A stretch of DNA of 64,000 bases from Cyanophora paradoxa CCMP329 (GCA_004431415.1 QPMI01000057.1:1-64000), one strand, 5' to 3'. Counted from the first letter of the stretch, positions 10,301-20,595 are shown. The notes: a model not told the origin generated them from the sequence alone. Program-made: numbers and translations.

Positions 10301-12520
10301 TTTGCGCAACGCCCTCATGCCCTACGGCGACTGGAACCGCGCCACCGCCGACGCCCTCGCCGATTTCGACCTCGAGCGATTCACCACCAAAGAGCAGCGC
10401 GACGCGTACCTGGGGCGCCCGAGGGCAAGGCGGCCCGGGGTGGCCAAGGAGGCCCTCAGCGCCGAGACGCTCTTCTCGGCGGCGGGTACGGCGAACAACG
10501 ACGGCATGTCTTTCGGGGCAGCCGATTTATTTCAGGGGGCGGGCATCGACTTGGTGGGCGCCGGGCTCGGGGTACGGGCTCGCGGGCCATGCGGCGGGCG
10601 GGCGCGGCGGCGGCGGGCCTTGGGCTGGCGACGGCCGGCGGCCTGCTCTCGGCCTACCAGGCGCTCTCGCAGGGCAAGATAGGGGAGGCCGAGTTCTTCG
10701 ATACGTTCCGCGATCAGATGATCATGACGGTCGGCTCTTTTGGCCTTCAGACGGGCATGTCGTCCGCCCTGAGCGCCCTCACGAAAATGAGGATCGGCAC
10801 GGTGGGCGGACTTGGCCTGTCCATCCTCGCGGGCGCCATCGCGCAGGTGATCGTGGATATCATCAACGGGCGCAGCGCGGAAGAAATCGTGAAGAACTTT
10901 TTCAAGTACCCCGTCGACTGGGCGACCGACACCATACAGTTCATCGCGGAGCTCTCGCAACAGATCTACGACTGGGGCGTCGAGACGTGGGGCGACGAGG
11001 CGAGCCAGCTGCGCAACCGAATTAATCGGCTGGAGGGCGAGCTGGGCTCCGGATTTTTGGGTGTGTACGACCCCTCGGAGGCGCGCGAAATGGCCTCGCT
11101 CTTGGCCCAGGAGCTGCGGTTAAACGAAATCAAGGAGCCGAAGGAGCTGCAGGCCTTCATTCGCGCGCTCGACAACAGCATCAACGATTACCGTACCCCC
11201 AAGGACCAGAAGACCCTGCTCGAAATCGATCGCGCGACCGTGCTCTTCCTCTCCCAGCTCACCGTTAAAATGCAGGAGGGCTTCGGGTCGACTTCGCTCG
11301 CCCTGAGTCGACTTATGCGCGACCTGAAGCAGATGATAAAGGAGGAGACCAAGGGGCGGAAGCGCGTCTTAATTGCCGTCTACCAGGAGGGCCTCAACAG
11401 GATCAATCACATCGAAGCCCTAAGGCGCGAATTCGGCTCGGCCATCCGTCACTCGGGCGTCTCGTCGAACGGAGGGGCGCAGGTGGCCCGCCTGGCGGAC
11501 GCCAACTCGCGCCTCGAGATTCCCGGGACCTTCCGCATGCAGGATTGGTGGGAGGCCGAGGCCTTCAGGAATTACGGGGCCTTCATAGACAACGGGATCA
11601 ATTCGCAGAGCCCCAAGGCAAACTGGCTGGTACCCAAGGCCTACGTCGATAAATTGGTTGACAGGCCTGCAGCACCATACACCAAGAAGATCGCCAAAGG
11701 CATCGAGTACTGGGCGCCCGAGCCAGGCCAGCCCGTGTTTGCATCGCAGAACTACGAGTGGCACATGGCGCCGGGGGCGAGCCAGGCCGTGAGCACCGTG
11801 GGCGTTGCCGTGCCGCAGCTGGCGACGGTGGCACACACGGGGCGTATGCAGATCTCAGCGGGAGGCCGACGATACCCGTGATACCAACAACGTGGGCGTG
11901 GGATAGCATCACGGGGAAGCCGAGTACGTATCCCCACGCAGACCACCAGCACACCATCTCTCAGATCAGCGACTGGACGGCCCCGGACTTGACGAACATC
12001 TCCGTGGATTGGGACAACGTAACGGGCAAGCCACTTACCTTCCCCCCTCTACACACAGTCACAATGTGTACTGGGATAATGTCATCGACCGACCCACTTC
12101 CTTCCCACCCTCTACGCACAGTCACACAGAGTACTCGCTCACCAGCCACGGGCACAGAAACGTGAACATGGATGCGTACATAACGCACGGCACGTCCTTC
12201 CACTCCTACGCTGCGTACACGGAGTTTAACATCAATTCAACATACACGGTGACGTTCAACATTACATTCGGACAGGCGTACGACACTGGAGGCGGACTGG
12301 GGACCCCAGCAAACCCAACGCCGGTTATTAACGTAACCCCTCGTTCGACATCAATCCCGGCGGCAGCACGGATGTCGATTTCTACGGGGCCAACGTCACG
12401 GCGGTGAGTCACACTGGCTTTACAGTTAAAGTGAGATTCCAACCCAGAATGACGGTCACGCCCACCCAAATTGTCCAGCTTTTTATTCATTGGACCGCGA
12501 TCGGCAAGCTGCTTATGTAA
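7329..12520 (+). pseudogene. Giant (~1,700 aa) virion protein: Gly-rich linker, long coiled coil, hydrophobic segments, phage tail-fibre repeats and C-terminal H-type-lectin/gp53-like domain; multiple frameshifts
   Basis: Overlapping ORFs chain with no intervening promoter motif. LATVAHTG-YADLSGRPTIP; WDSITGKPSTYP..HQH; WDNVTGKPLTFPPSTHSH; WDNVIDRPTSFPPSTHSH; C-terminal TF..PVINVT..VSHTGFTV..FIHWTAIGK*. Confidence 0.65.
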
Positions 12521-12544
12521 TCGATTTTCTGATGCAATCCAAAA

Positions 12545-13603
12545 ATGTCGGTCGCTGTCCCTCTATTTACCTATGCTGCCAGCGTGAATCACAAGGGCGA
12601 TCACACGATTAAGGAGACCACCCTCGGAAACCAGGCCACCGAGGCCCCTACAACGCCACGGCCGTCCCTTTTCCGAGGCCGACCTCGTCCGCGTCGGCGA
12701 GCTGCGCTGCGACAAGATGCGCACGCGGGAGGGCGGGTCGGCCGTGCCGGGGCGCGTGAGGACGCAGAGGCTCACCGTCACGAACGGGGCCTGGGACGGG
12801 AGCGGGTACACCACGAATCAGGTGACCTTTAATGGGACTGTGAACGGGGAGGGGAATGCGGCTCTGTATGTGCAAGGAGGCGGAGCAAACGTGGTGGGGG
12901 GCTTAGGGTGAGCGGGGCTTCAAACTTGGCGGGCATCGTTACATTGGACGATAAGCTGCAAATTACCGGAACGTCACCGTACATAAATGGCGGTGGTTCA
13001 GGCGTAGCTATAAAGTACAACGAAAACGATAGACTCCTCTGTGGGACTCTTGGCGTTGGTGTTACAGGTACTCTATTTACCTCGGCAATCGAAGGCCCTA
13101 CTAATGGCCTAAGCATAGCAAACACTTCAATCGTTGATAGCGGAAGCGTCAGCTCTGGTCTATCCTTGAGAAACAACGGCACCGAACGACTGCTGTGCGG
13201 AACCGTCGGCGTTGGCATCACGGGTCGGCTCATCGTCTCGACGCTCACGGGCGATGGAAACCGAGCCGTTTATTCGGATGCTCAAGGATACCTGACAAAC
13301 TCGTCGAGCGATAGCCGCCTGAAAGAAAATGTCGCGAGCATGTCGGGCATTCTCCCTCTTCTGCTGCAGCTGAATCCCGTGTCGTTCACCTGGAAGAACA
13401 CATCCTCGGGGGGTTCGAAAACGGATTACGGTCTCATCGCACAGGAAGTCCAAGGCGTCTTCCCGAGTCTCGTTTTCGAGAACGCGGATGGATTTCTCGG
13501 GGTAAACTACGACAGGCTCATTTCCCTGTCGTTGAAGGCAATTCAGGAACTTTCACAAGAAGTTCAAACTCTCAAAGACCAGGTAGCGGCACTGGCGAGC
13601 TGA
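12545..13603 (+). CDS. Fibre/spike protein with C-terminal intramolecular chaperone auto-processing domain (Peptidase S74 type); frameshifts near 12,660 and 12,900
   Basis: SSSDSRLKENV..LLQLNPVSFTWK..YGLIAQEVQGVFPSLV..LGVNYDRLISLSLKAIQEL is the canonical S74 domain. Confidence 0.85.
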
Positions 13604-13623
13604 TCTGGAACAACTAGGAATAA

Positions 13624-15762
13624 CTACACCGCGAGTATCACAATTCGACCGTTGCCACCGTCGCTGAAAGACGAGCCACCGTTGCCGCCCCTACCAATGC
13701 CTGCTGCGTAGTGAGCGTCTCCGCTATTTCCTGCCACCTGGCCGGACCCAGGATACACCGTAGCATCCGTCAAGTTTCCTATGTAGCTCGAGCCACCGCC
13801 ACCTCCAAACATTCTTGCTATTGGGTTCTCTGACACTCCGCTCCTGCTGGACCCAGAGCCTCCACCGAAGTAACCACCACCACCACCACCACCGAACCTG
13901 TAGCCGCTTGAATCAGGCCCAGTCTCTCCACCTTGGCGCAAAGTTCCCGGTTGCTGGGCCTGGCCCCTGAGGCCACAACACCGGCTCCGCCAGCGGTTTG
14001 GGTGCCTCCTTGAGCCGGTATCTCTCCGGTTACTCCAACCAACCCAGCCGCACCACCGGTCAACCCCCCGCCTACTCCCCCGCCGCCATTCGAATCACAT
14101 GTACCCCCACCTCCGGCCCCTGCAACAACCAAGTCGGTCCCTGCAACGCGCTGAATTGCAGAACGACCACCACCGGCGCCGTTTTTGTACTCCGGATCGA
14201 CGCTATGGCTCCAGCCCCTTCCACCACCTCCGTAGACGGTAGCAGTGGCAGTCCCCGATACACCCTTTGGGCCGCCGCATCCAACAACAAGGATGAGCGT
14301 CTCCCCCGAGGACACAGCCAATGTACCAACTACGCAAGCACCCGCGCCTCCACGGACCCCCGTACCTGCGCGTTCTCCGCCTCCACCCCCGGCCGCCCAT
14401 ACGATGACACGCACAGCCACAGTCCCCGTTGGTACTACGAAAGTCTGGTCGGCCCCGGTGTAGGAGAATGTACCCAAAACAGGAGCGTTTGCAGTTGTTG
14501 CACTGGCAGACGAGGACTGAGGGCCTTCCTCGCCGATCTGGTTGACGCCCTTGATGGTGTAAGTGTAAGTGGTTCCGTAAACGGTCGTTGTGTCCGAAAA
14601 GGGGCTGCTCGTGTCGCTGGCAAGGAACACGCCACCCCTGTAGATGTTGTAGGAGACGGTGACGCCCGTCACCGGCACCGACCACTCGAGCACAACAGGC
14701 TGTGCTGCCCCGCCGCGGGGGTTGCAGTGAGCCCAGTGGGCGCCCCCGGGTCCGTGGTGACGTACGCCGCAATACTCTTCGGCCCCTCCCCTCCCGTGTT
14801 CGTCGCGGAGATCTGGTACTCGTACCCTGTACCCCAGACGGTGGTCGTGTCGCTGTAGGAGTTGGTCGCGGAGTCTGTGAGGTAGGCCCCGTCTCTGTAA
14901 ATCTTGTATCCCGTCGCTCCCGTGGACGCAGTCCAGCTGAGGCTGACAGGCTGCTGCTGGTCGTTGGGTGCTGATGCCGTCACGTTCGTGGGGGCGTTTG
15001 GCATAGTCCAGACCAGGAGCGGATCGGACTTGTCGTATTCGACACCGCCCACGATGCCGGCCACCTGGTAAGAGTATTCCGTGCCCCACGTAAGAGCAGT
15101 GCTATCGTCAATGTACGAGGTAGACAGGGCACTGCTCGCAAATCCGATTGGCGTACCGTTCCTGTAAATTCGAATCGAGTCCGCGCCCTCCATGGCCACC
15201 CAGTTGATTGTGACGACTATGGCGGGTTTCGGGAAGCCCGAAGACGCGGGGCCGCCCCCGGCAATAAAATCGCCGTAGGTCTGGGCCGTGGCGGTCGTGA
15301 GCGTGGTGTAGGCTTCGATCTGCGGGCTGAAGCCGCCTATGCCTTGGAAGAGAATGTAATTGCTCATGGCACCCTCGTGGGTGTAGAGAAGCGACTGTGC
15401 GTAGGTTGTGGGCGGGGCTTTGCCATCAGAGCCCGTGCTGCTGCTGCCCTGTTCGCGAACCGCCGCCACGCGGTAGAGTCGCTGGGCCCCCAAACTAAAG
15501 GGAGAGTCCGTGTAGGTGACGGTTGGCGCATTCACCGTGGCCACGAGATCCCAGGGCCGTTGATGCTGGTCGCCCTGTACACCTTGTACTTGACGGCGTT
15601 GGTGACCGCGACCCAGTTCAGCTGAAAGCCGTACGTACTGTTCCCGTTGTTGAGCACGGAGCCCGATCGCACCTGGGGCCTGCCCACAGTCAGCGAGATC
15701 GGCTCCACGCCATACTGCGGAGCCTGCACCACCTGCTTTTTCACGAATACGAAGCGGGGCAT
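13624..15762 (-). CDS. Fibronectin-III-like repeat plus glycine-rich domain surface protein; frameshifts near 15,540, 14,700 and 13,950
   Basis: Repeated LSW..V.GAT.Y.IYR.G...S.SD......Y.Y.I.A.N..GEGP.S units, then FSYTGADQTFVVP..VRVIVWAAGGGGG..GGAGA.V.G.L.V..GETL.LVVG.GG, ending GGNGRIVI. Confidence 0.8.
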
Positions 15763-15801
15763 TTTCCTCTACGATCCGAAAAAATATCTGCCCCGGGGTA
15801 A

Positions 15802-16480
15802 ATGACTTCCAACTGGTACCAGACCCTCAGCGGCTCACTTGACGTTGGCAACAACACCAAGGATTTCGCACGCATACCCTCCGGCAGTTACGTCGACGTC
15901 TTTCTGCAGAATCCCGTCGTGATTCAGGTCGTTCAGAACGCCTACGCCACGCCCAAGATTTATTCCTACCAGCTCTTCTTCGACCCTCTGAGCCTCAGCG
16001 CAGAGGTTATCGAGCTGCTGCACGAATCAGGACTCGTGAAAAAGGTGGCACCTGCCACGGCCACTGCCAACGTCTTGCGCTGTCTCGAGGTCAAGTTCAG
16101 GGAGACGGGGTACGGCCCACCGTGAACCGGTACCCCAGTTCTTCGAATCTTCCGGGTACGGGAACTTACCAGATGAGGGGTACGCTCAAGGGCGACGTGC
16201 TCTTCACGAAATTCAATCCAAGTCCCGCGACCCTGGGGGCCCTCTACACGGGCGGCAACCCACGCGGCTCGACTCTACCCCGCTTCCCCTTCACCTTTTT
16301 CAGGTTCCAGGTCTTCCCCTCTCCTACGCCGCCGACCAGCCCCACTTCAGCACGGGCGCCAGCCTCTGCGCGGAGCTGCGTGAGTGCTCGATTTCCTACG
16401 CGTACGGCACCGACGCTGACTCTGTGCCTGGGGCCCGCGTCATGAACATCGGTGGCGACATCACCCTCTTTCACGGATAA
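15802..16480 (+). CDS. Viral protein of unknown function, paralog A (frameshifted)
   Basis: Shares QNPV, SGL.KK..P, R.LE.KF and NPR...PR..FT.F.F blocks with the next gene. Confidence 0.65.
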
Positions 16481-16503
16481 TCTTTCTCATTTGAGGTCGC
16501 AAA

Positions 16504-17316
16504 ATGCCGACCACCTCGGCCACCATCGTGAAGACCGTGTCTGCCGGCTCGATCGTCCCCGATTTCTACGGCAACGCTGGGAACGTGGCCAACGCAGGGA
16601 CGGACAAGGTGGAGTGGGACGGAAACTACGCCACCCCGCTCACCGTGAGGGTCCAGAATCCCGTCATGTTGCGCGTCACCTCCAACGATTTCGAGAATCC
16701 CGCCTCCTGCTCCGTGTACGTGTACTTTGACATCGACTCGGGCGTGAGCGCGGATGAGGCGGAGGCGCTCTGGCTCTCGGGCCTCCTGAAAAAGATAGAG
16801 CCCTCTGTGCCTGATCGGCCCGCCATTCGCGTGCTCGAACTCAAGTTCACCGCTAACACCGCCCTCACTCGCAAATTCGGGAATGGTGCGAATCCGAACA
16901 TCAAAACGCATTTAGATGGCGCCCTCATCGATGCCACACACAAGACCACGCAGGCCGTTCCCTTTGAGATGTACAACCTCTGGAAGATGACCGCAAAGGA
17001 GATGATGACGAATGCCACCACGGGCGGCGCCTCGGGTACCGATTATTCATACGGCGCCTCGAATCCCCGTACCCAGGTCTGGCCCCGGCTCCTCTTCACG
17101 AAATTCACTTTCAAATTGTACAACAACATCGCCGGAATGCCTACCTCTGGAATGGTCGTGGGCTCTACCCTCATGGCCGAACTAATTGAGGCAGAGGCGG
17201 ACTACACGACTGCGACTACCAACTCGACAGCGCCAGGCGCCGGAGCCGAAGTTTACGTGGCCTGGGAAACGGTCGGTCGCGAGTACGACACCAAGATTCA
17301 CACCACTAGCGTCTAG
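16504..17316 (+). CDS. Viral protein of unknown function, paralog B, 270 aa
   Basis: Intact ORF preceded by TTTCT...AAAATG; paralogous to 15802-16480. Confidence 0.75.
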   Translation: MPTTSATIVKTVSAGSIVPDFYGNAGNVANAGTDKVEWDGNYATPLTVRVQNPVMLRVTSNDFENPASCSVYVYFDIDSGVSADEAEALWLSGLLKKIEPSVPDRPAIRVLELKFTANTALTRKFGNGANPNIKTHLDGALIDATHKTTQAVPFEMYNLWKMTAKEMMTNATTGGASGTDYSYGASNPRTQVWPRLLFTKFTFKLYNNIAGMPTSGMVVGSTLMAELIEAEADYTTATTNSTAPGAGAEVYVAWETVGREYDTKIHTTSV

Positions 17317-17670
17317 ACTGGCTAAGCTGCATTAGCACCTGTGTCGCCTCCATCATCTCCCGAATCTCCTCGCTCTTCTCCTGTAAATTGGCGTACCCCC
17401 TCCTCTTCTTGCGAATCTCCGACATTGATGCCCAGCGCAGGTTCTCCCTCCTGTAGTCCAGCGGGTTGCCGTTGATGTGTTCCACGTAGCGTCCACGTGG
17501 CGACTTCCCGAGGATCAGCTGGGAGAGGTAGTGCTTGCGCCCTCCAAACGTCTTGCTCACCCTGTCCCTGTCCACTCTCCAGGGAAACTCCAAGGCACTC
17601 GGGGTACGTCCGAGTTGACCAGGACGTTGTAGGCGACGTCTTGCGAGTCGGTGCACCGGAGCAGGGCCAT
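17306..17670 (-). CDS. HNH_3-family homing-endonuclease-like protein, probably catalytically degenerate; frameshift near the 5' end
   Basis: YLSQLILG..GRYVEHINGNPLDYRRENLRWAS; ATG at 17670 preceded by TTTTCTGAACCTAGGGCAAAATG. Confidence 0.75.
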
Positions 17671-17696
17671 TTTGCCCTAGGTTCAGAAAAACCTGG

Positions 17697-17809
17697 ACTT
17701 GGGACTTGGGACTTGGGACTTGGGACTTGGGACTTGGGACTTGGGACTTGGGACTTGGGACTTGGGACTTGGGACTTGGGACTTGGGACTTGGGACTTGG
17801 GACTTGGGA
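17697..17809 (+). repeat. (ACTTGGG)16 heptamer array 1
   Basis: 16 perfect copies, followed by AAGAGTT. Confidence 0.97.
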
Positions 17810-17959
17810 AGAGTTGAAACCCAGGTCCCGGCCCAGACTTTCTCCAGGATCAGAAATTTGTCAGACAAGTCAGGTGAGTTTTTCTACCGACTTTTTTACT
17901 CCTACCACTCCTCATACTCTTTTTTACTCGTAGTCTTTTTTACTCGTAGTCTTTTTTAC

Positions 17960-18151
17960 TCGTATCCCATCTCGTACCCTCCTTCTCTCGACATCTCACA
18001 CGAAAACTCCTACCCCTCTTCACATCCGTTTTCGGTTGCATACTCTCGTGAGCTTTCATGTCCAGTATCATGCTACAAGTCGTACACCAGTTCAGACTCT
18101 ACCTCGCTTGAAATCTCACCTGGAATGTCACCAGAAACGTCATATGCAGAT
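17960..18151 (+). repeat. 16 x 12-bp phased array; every unit starts with TC, remainder variable
   Basis: TC at 17960, 17972, ... 18140 without exception; preceded by ~3 copies of a 16-bp TTTTTTACTCGTAGTC repeat. Confidence 0.85.
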
Positions 18152-18250
18152 TTCCGTACCCCTCTACATGTCTGCCCGGTGGTTAGGGACTTGGCGCGGC
18201 AAACTCTCAGATCCAGAGAGATTCTGGGCCCAGACCCTGAGTCTAACTCT

Positions 18251-18304
18251 TCCCAAGTCCCAAGTCCCAAGTCCCAAGTCCCAAGTCCCAAGTCCCAAGT
18301 CCCA
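18251..18304 (-). repeat. (CCCAAGT)7 heptamer array 2, inverted relative to array 1
   Basis: 7 perfect copies preceded by AACTCTT; about 55 bp of inner flank is an imperfect inverted copy of the flank of array 1. Confidence 0.97.
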
Positions 18305-18373
18305 GGATCGCGCCAAGTCGTAACTGAATAGTCGGCCAATTTTTACAAGTATGTACAATGGAATGACGCAATA

Positions 18374-19443
18374 CTATTTACAGCATCTCAAAGTCAGAGT
18401 CATCGTCATCGGAAACCAACTCAATGAGGCCCTCGGGCGCCGACTTAAGGGGAATGCGGGAAGGGACTGCGCTGCCTGCACCAAGTCCTGCCGCTCGCGC
18501 TCGCGCTGCGCCGCCAAGGCCGCTGCCGCCTCTGCCTCGCGCTGCTGCTGAGCCTCGATGCGCGCCTTGAGCTCGGCCGCCTCCTTCTGCTTGCGCTCGG
18601 CGATCCGCGCCTTGTTGATCTGGTACTGGACAAGGCGCTCGTGGCGCCGCTTGCGCTCCAACTCCTTGCGGAGCTCGTTGCAGAGGACGCGCTTCTCAAT
18701 GGTCTTGACGTGCTGAGTCAGGCGCTCGCTGTAGTGTGACGTCACGCGAGAACGGGCAATGCCGGCGCCGAGCTTCAAGTCCTTCTCGTGTGCCTTGGCG
18801 GGTCCTTGACGCGCTCGGAGTTGTCGGTGAATGACGTAGTCTCCATGAACTTCTTCTTGACGATTGACTTGGTCTTGATAATGCGGCGCTTGCGAGTCGG
18901 GTTTTCGTTGTCGCCTTCAGAGTCAGAAGACGACTCAGAGTCGTATGGAATCGGCACGTCAAAGTCGATGAAGTCGTTGATGTCAGACTCGACGTCAGAG
19001 GCCTCGGACTTGGCGTCATCGGCGGGCTCGGGGCGGGCTCGGCGACGGGCTGAGGGGCAGATGACGACGATGACGGAGGGGGGTAATTCGTGAAGACTTG
19101 AGGGGGTAGGCCCAGGCGAGCGTCTCGGCAGCAGACTCGGCGAAAAGCTTGGGGTCGCCCCAGCCGTTGGCGGTCTTGACCCAGCCGGGGACGGGGGCAC
19201 GTCGACGGGGGGCTCGGGCTTGGGTTGCTTGGACTTGGATTTCTTGGCCTTGGACGTGAAGGCGGACTTGGGGAGAAGTTGCACTTCGGGGCCAGTGGCG
19301 CGTAAGATGGCATAATTGTAGATGTACCCCAGAGCGTCGGCGCGCTGCTCCATCTCAGGGGTAGCCCCTTGAGTGCCACCGGAGTTAGCCCACGTTGCTT
19401 GGACAAAGGCGAAGTCCTCGGCAAGCTCAGCGGGAATCGACAT
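18374..19443 (-). CDS. Viral hypothetical protein (Pro/acidic/basic low complexity plus coiled coil), frameshifted
   Basis: ORFs 18775-19476 and 18374-18778 join; the ATG at 19443 sits directly after a 3' splice-site-like sequence. Confidence 0.6.
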
Positions 19444-19779
19444 CTGCGCAAAGGGAAAAGAAATCAGCAAAGGCAAAACGTGAGGTGACTGTGAGGGCGG
19501 ACTTGTGAAAATTCGGAGAGGCAGGGTTTCCTTGGGCTGAGAGAAGGCGGCGAACCCGTTTCAAGAGTGAGGCAAAATGGCGGCGGACCGCGGTTTTGTG
19601 GGCGAATTTTTTCCTGGGCTAGTTCGCAACGGAAAACGTTGCCAACTGGCCTGAAAAAGCCAAATTTAGCGTTGGACCGAAGACAGAAAAAGGAGCCGGC
19701 CTGACGGAAATTGCCCGAGTGCGTCCGCCGAAGGTCGAGTCTCGGATGGGGGTACACCCTCAGGGGCCCCCCTGGCCCC

Positions 19780-20250
19780 TCACCCTGGTAGTACCCTCTC
19801 AAAGGGATTTTCGAAGCCGTACAATTCTTGGTAAGTCTCGTAATCCGGGCTGTACCCCCTCACAATCTGCGGGAGCCCCATTGAAAGCCTCCGTCTATCC
19901 TCTCTCAATTCCCTGCGGAAAAGTCTACGGTCTTCTCGAGCTTCGCGCGTCACGCCAGCTGGGCGTGGTCTATGATTGTTAGGGTTGTCGTAGCCTGGTC
20001 CCACCAGCCTCACGAAATTTTCGCGTATGGCCTCGGGGAGACTCTGGAAACGGTTCGTTGCGTGGAACTCGATCCATTCATTGAATCGACGCGGATATTG
20101 ACGGATGACTTCAAGCACGCCCTGTGTGTTGGGCTCTGGTGTTATGTCGGGAATGTCATGTCCTGTGAGGTGCCAACGCCAGAACTCGCGCAGCCTCTCG
20201 AATGCCATATGCAACTCAAAGGGGAAATCGTAATAGAGATTGCCTGACAT
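19780..20250 (-). CDS. Viral hypothetical protein, 156 aa (MSGNLYYDFPFELH...)
   Basis: Intact ORF preceded by AAATTTTCGGAGGGGGAGAAAAATG. Confidence 0.65.
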   Translation of the reverse strand: MSGNLYYDFPFELHMAFERLREFWRWHLTGHDIPDITPEPNTQGVLEVIRQYPRRFNEWIEFHATNRFQSLPEAIRENFVRLVGPGYDNPNNHRPRPAGVTREAREDRRLFRRELREDRRRLSMGLPQIVRGYSPDYETYQELYGFENPFERVLPG

Positions 20251-20307
20251 TTTTCTCCCCCTCCGAAAATTTCCCCGTTTTGAGTCCAGACTCTGATTCC
20301 AACTCTT

Positions 20308-20359
20308 CCCAAGTCCCAAGTCCCAAGTCCAAGTCCCAAGTCCCAAGTCCCAGGTCCCA
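20308..20359 (-). repeat. (CCCAAGT)~7 heptamer array 3
   Basis: Same unit and same AACTCTT flank as array 2; one unit lacks a C and one is CCCAGGT. Confidence 0.95.
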
Positions 20360-20485
20360 TTTTTCTCCCATTTCAGTCCGAGATTTTGCCCAAGTCCAAA
20401 TCCGGGCCCGGGATTCGAACCCTCGTTTTCGGTCGATTTCACGCGTGAAAAACGCACTTTTCGGCCTTTTCCGATTTTTCCTTTC

Positions 20486-20595
20486 TCGCGATCGCAGAAA
20501 TGCCCCCGATCTCGAAATCGCGATCGAAAAGGGTCGCGATCGGGAGAAAGTCGCGATCACCAGGGTCGCGATCGGGTCGCGATCGCCGCGATCGC
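20486..20595. repeat. Subterminal array of (T)CGCGATC motifs
   Basis: Copies at 20486, 20518, 20534, 20551, 20566, 20577 and 20587. Confidence 0.85.

Noticed and set aside
16504-17316. Major capsid protein call
   Set aside because: Too short, and I recognise no double-jelly-roll capsid motifs; the capsid gene probably lies outside the window.
17697-18304. CRISPR array
   Set aside because: No 25-45 bp repeats with unique spacers and no cas genes.
17497-18358. ORFs containing GLGTWDL or PKSQVPS repeats
   Set aside because: They are translations of the stop-free heptamer arrays and lack proper starts.
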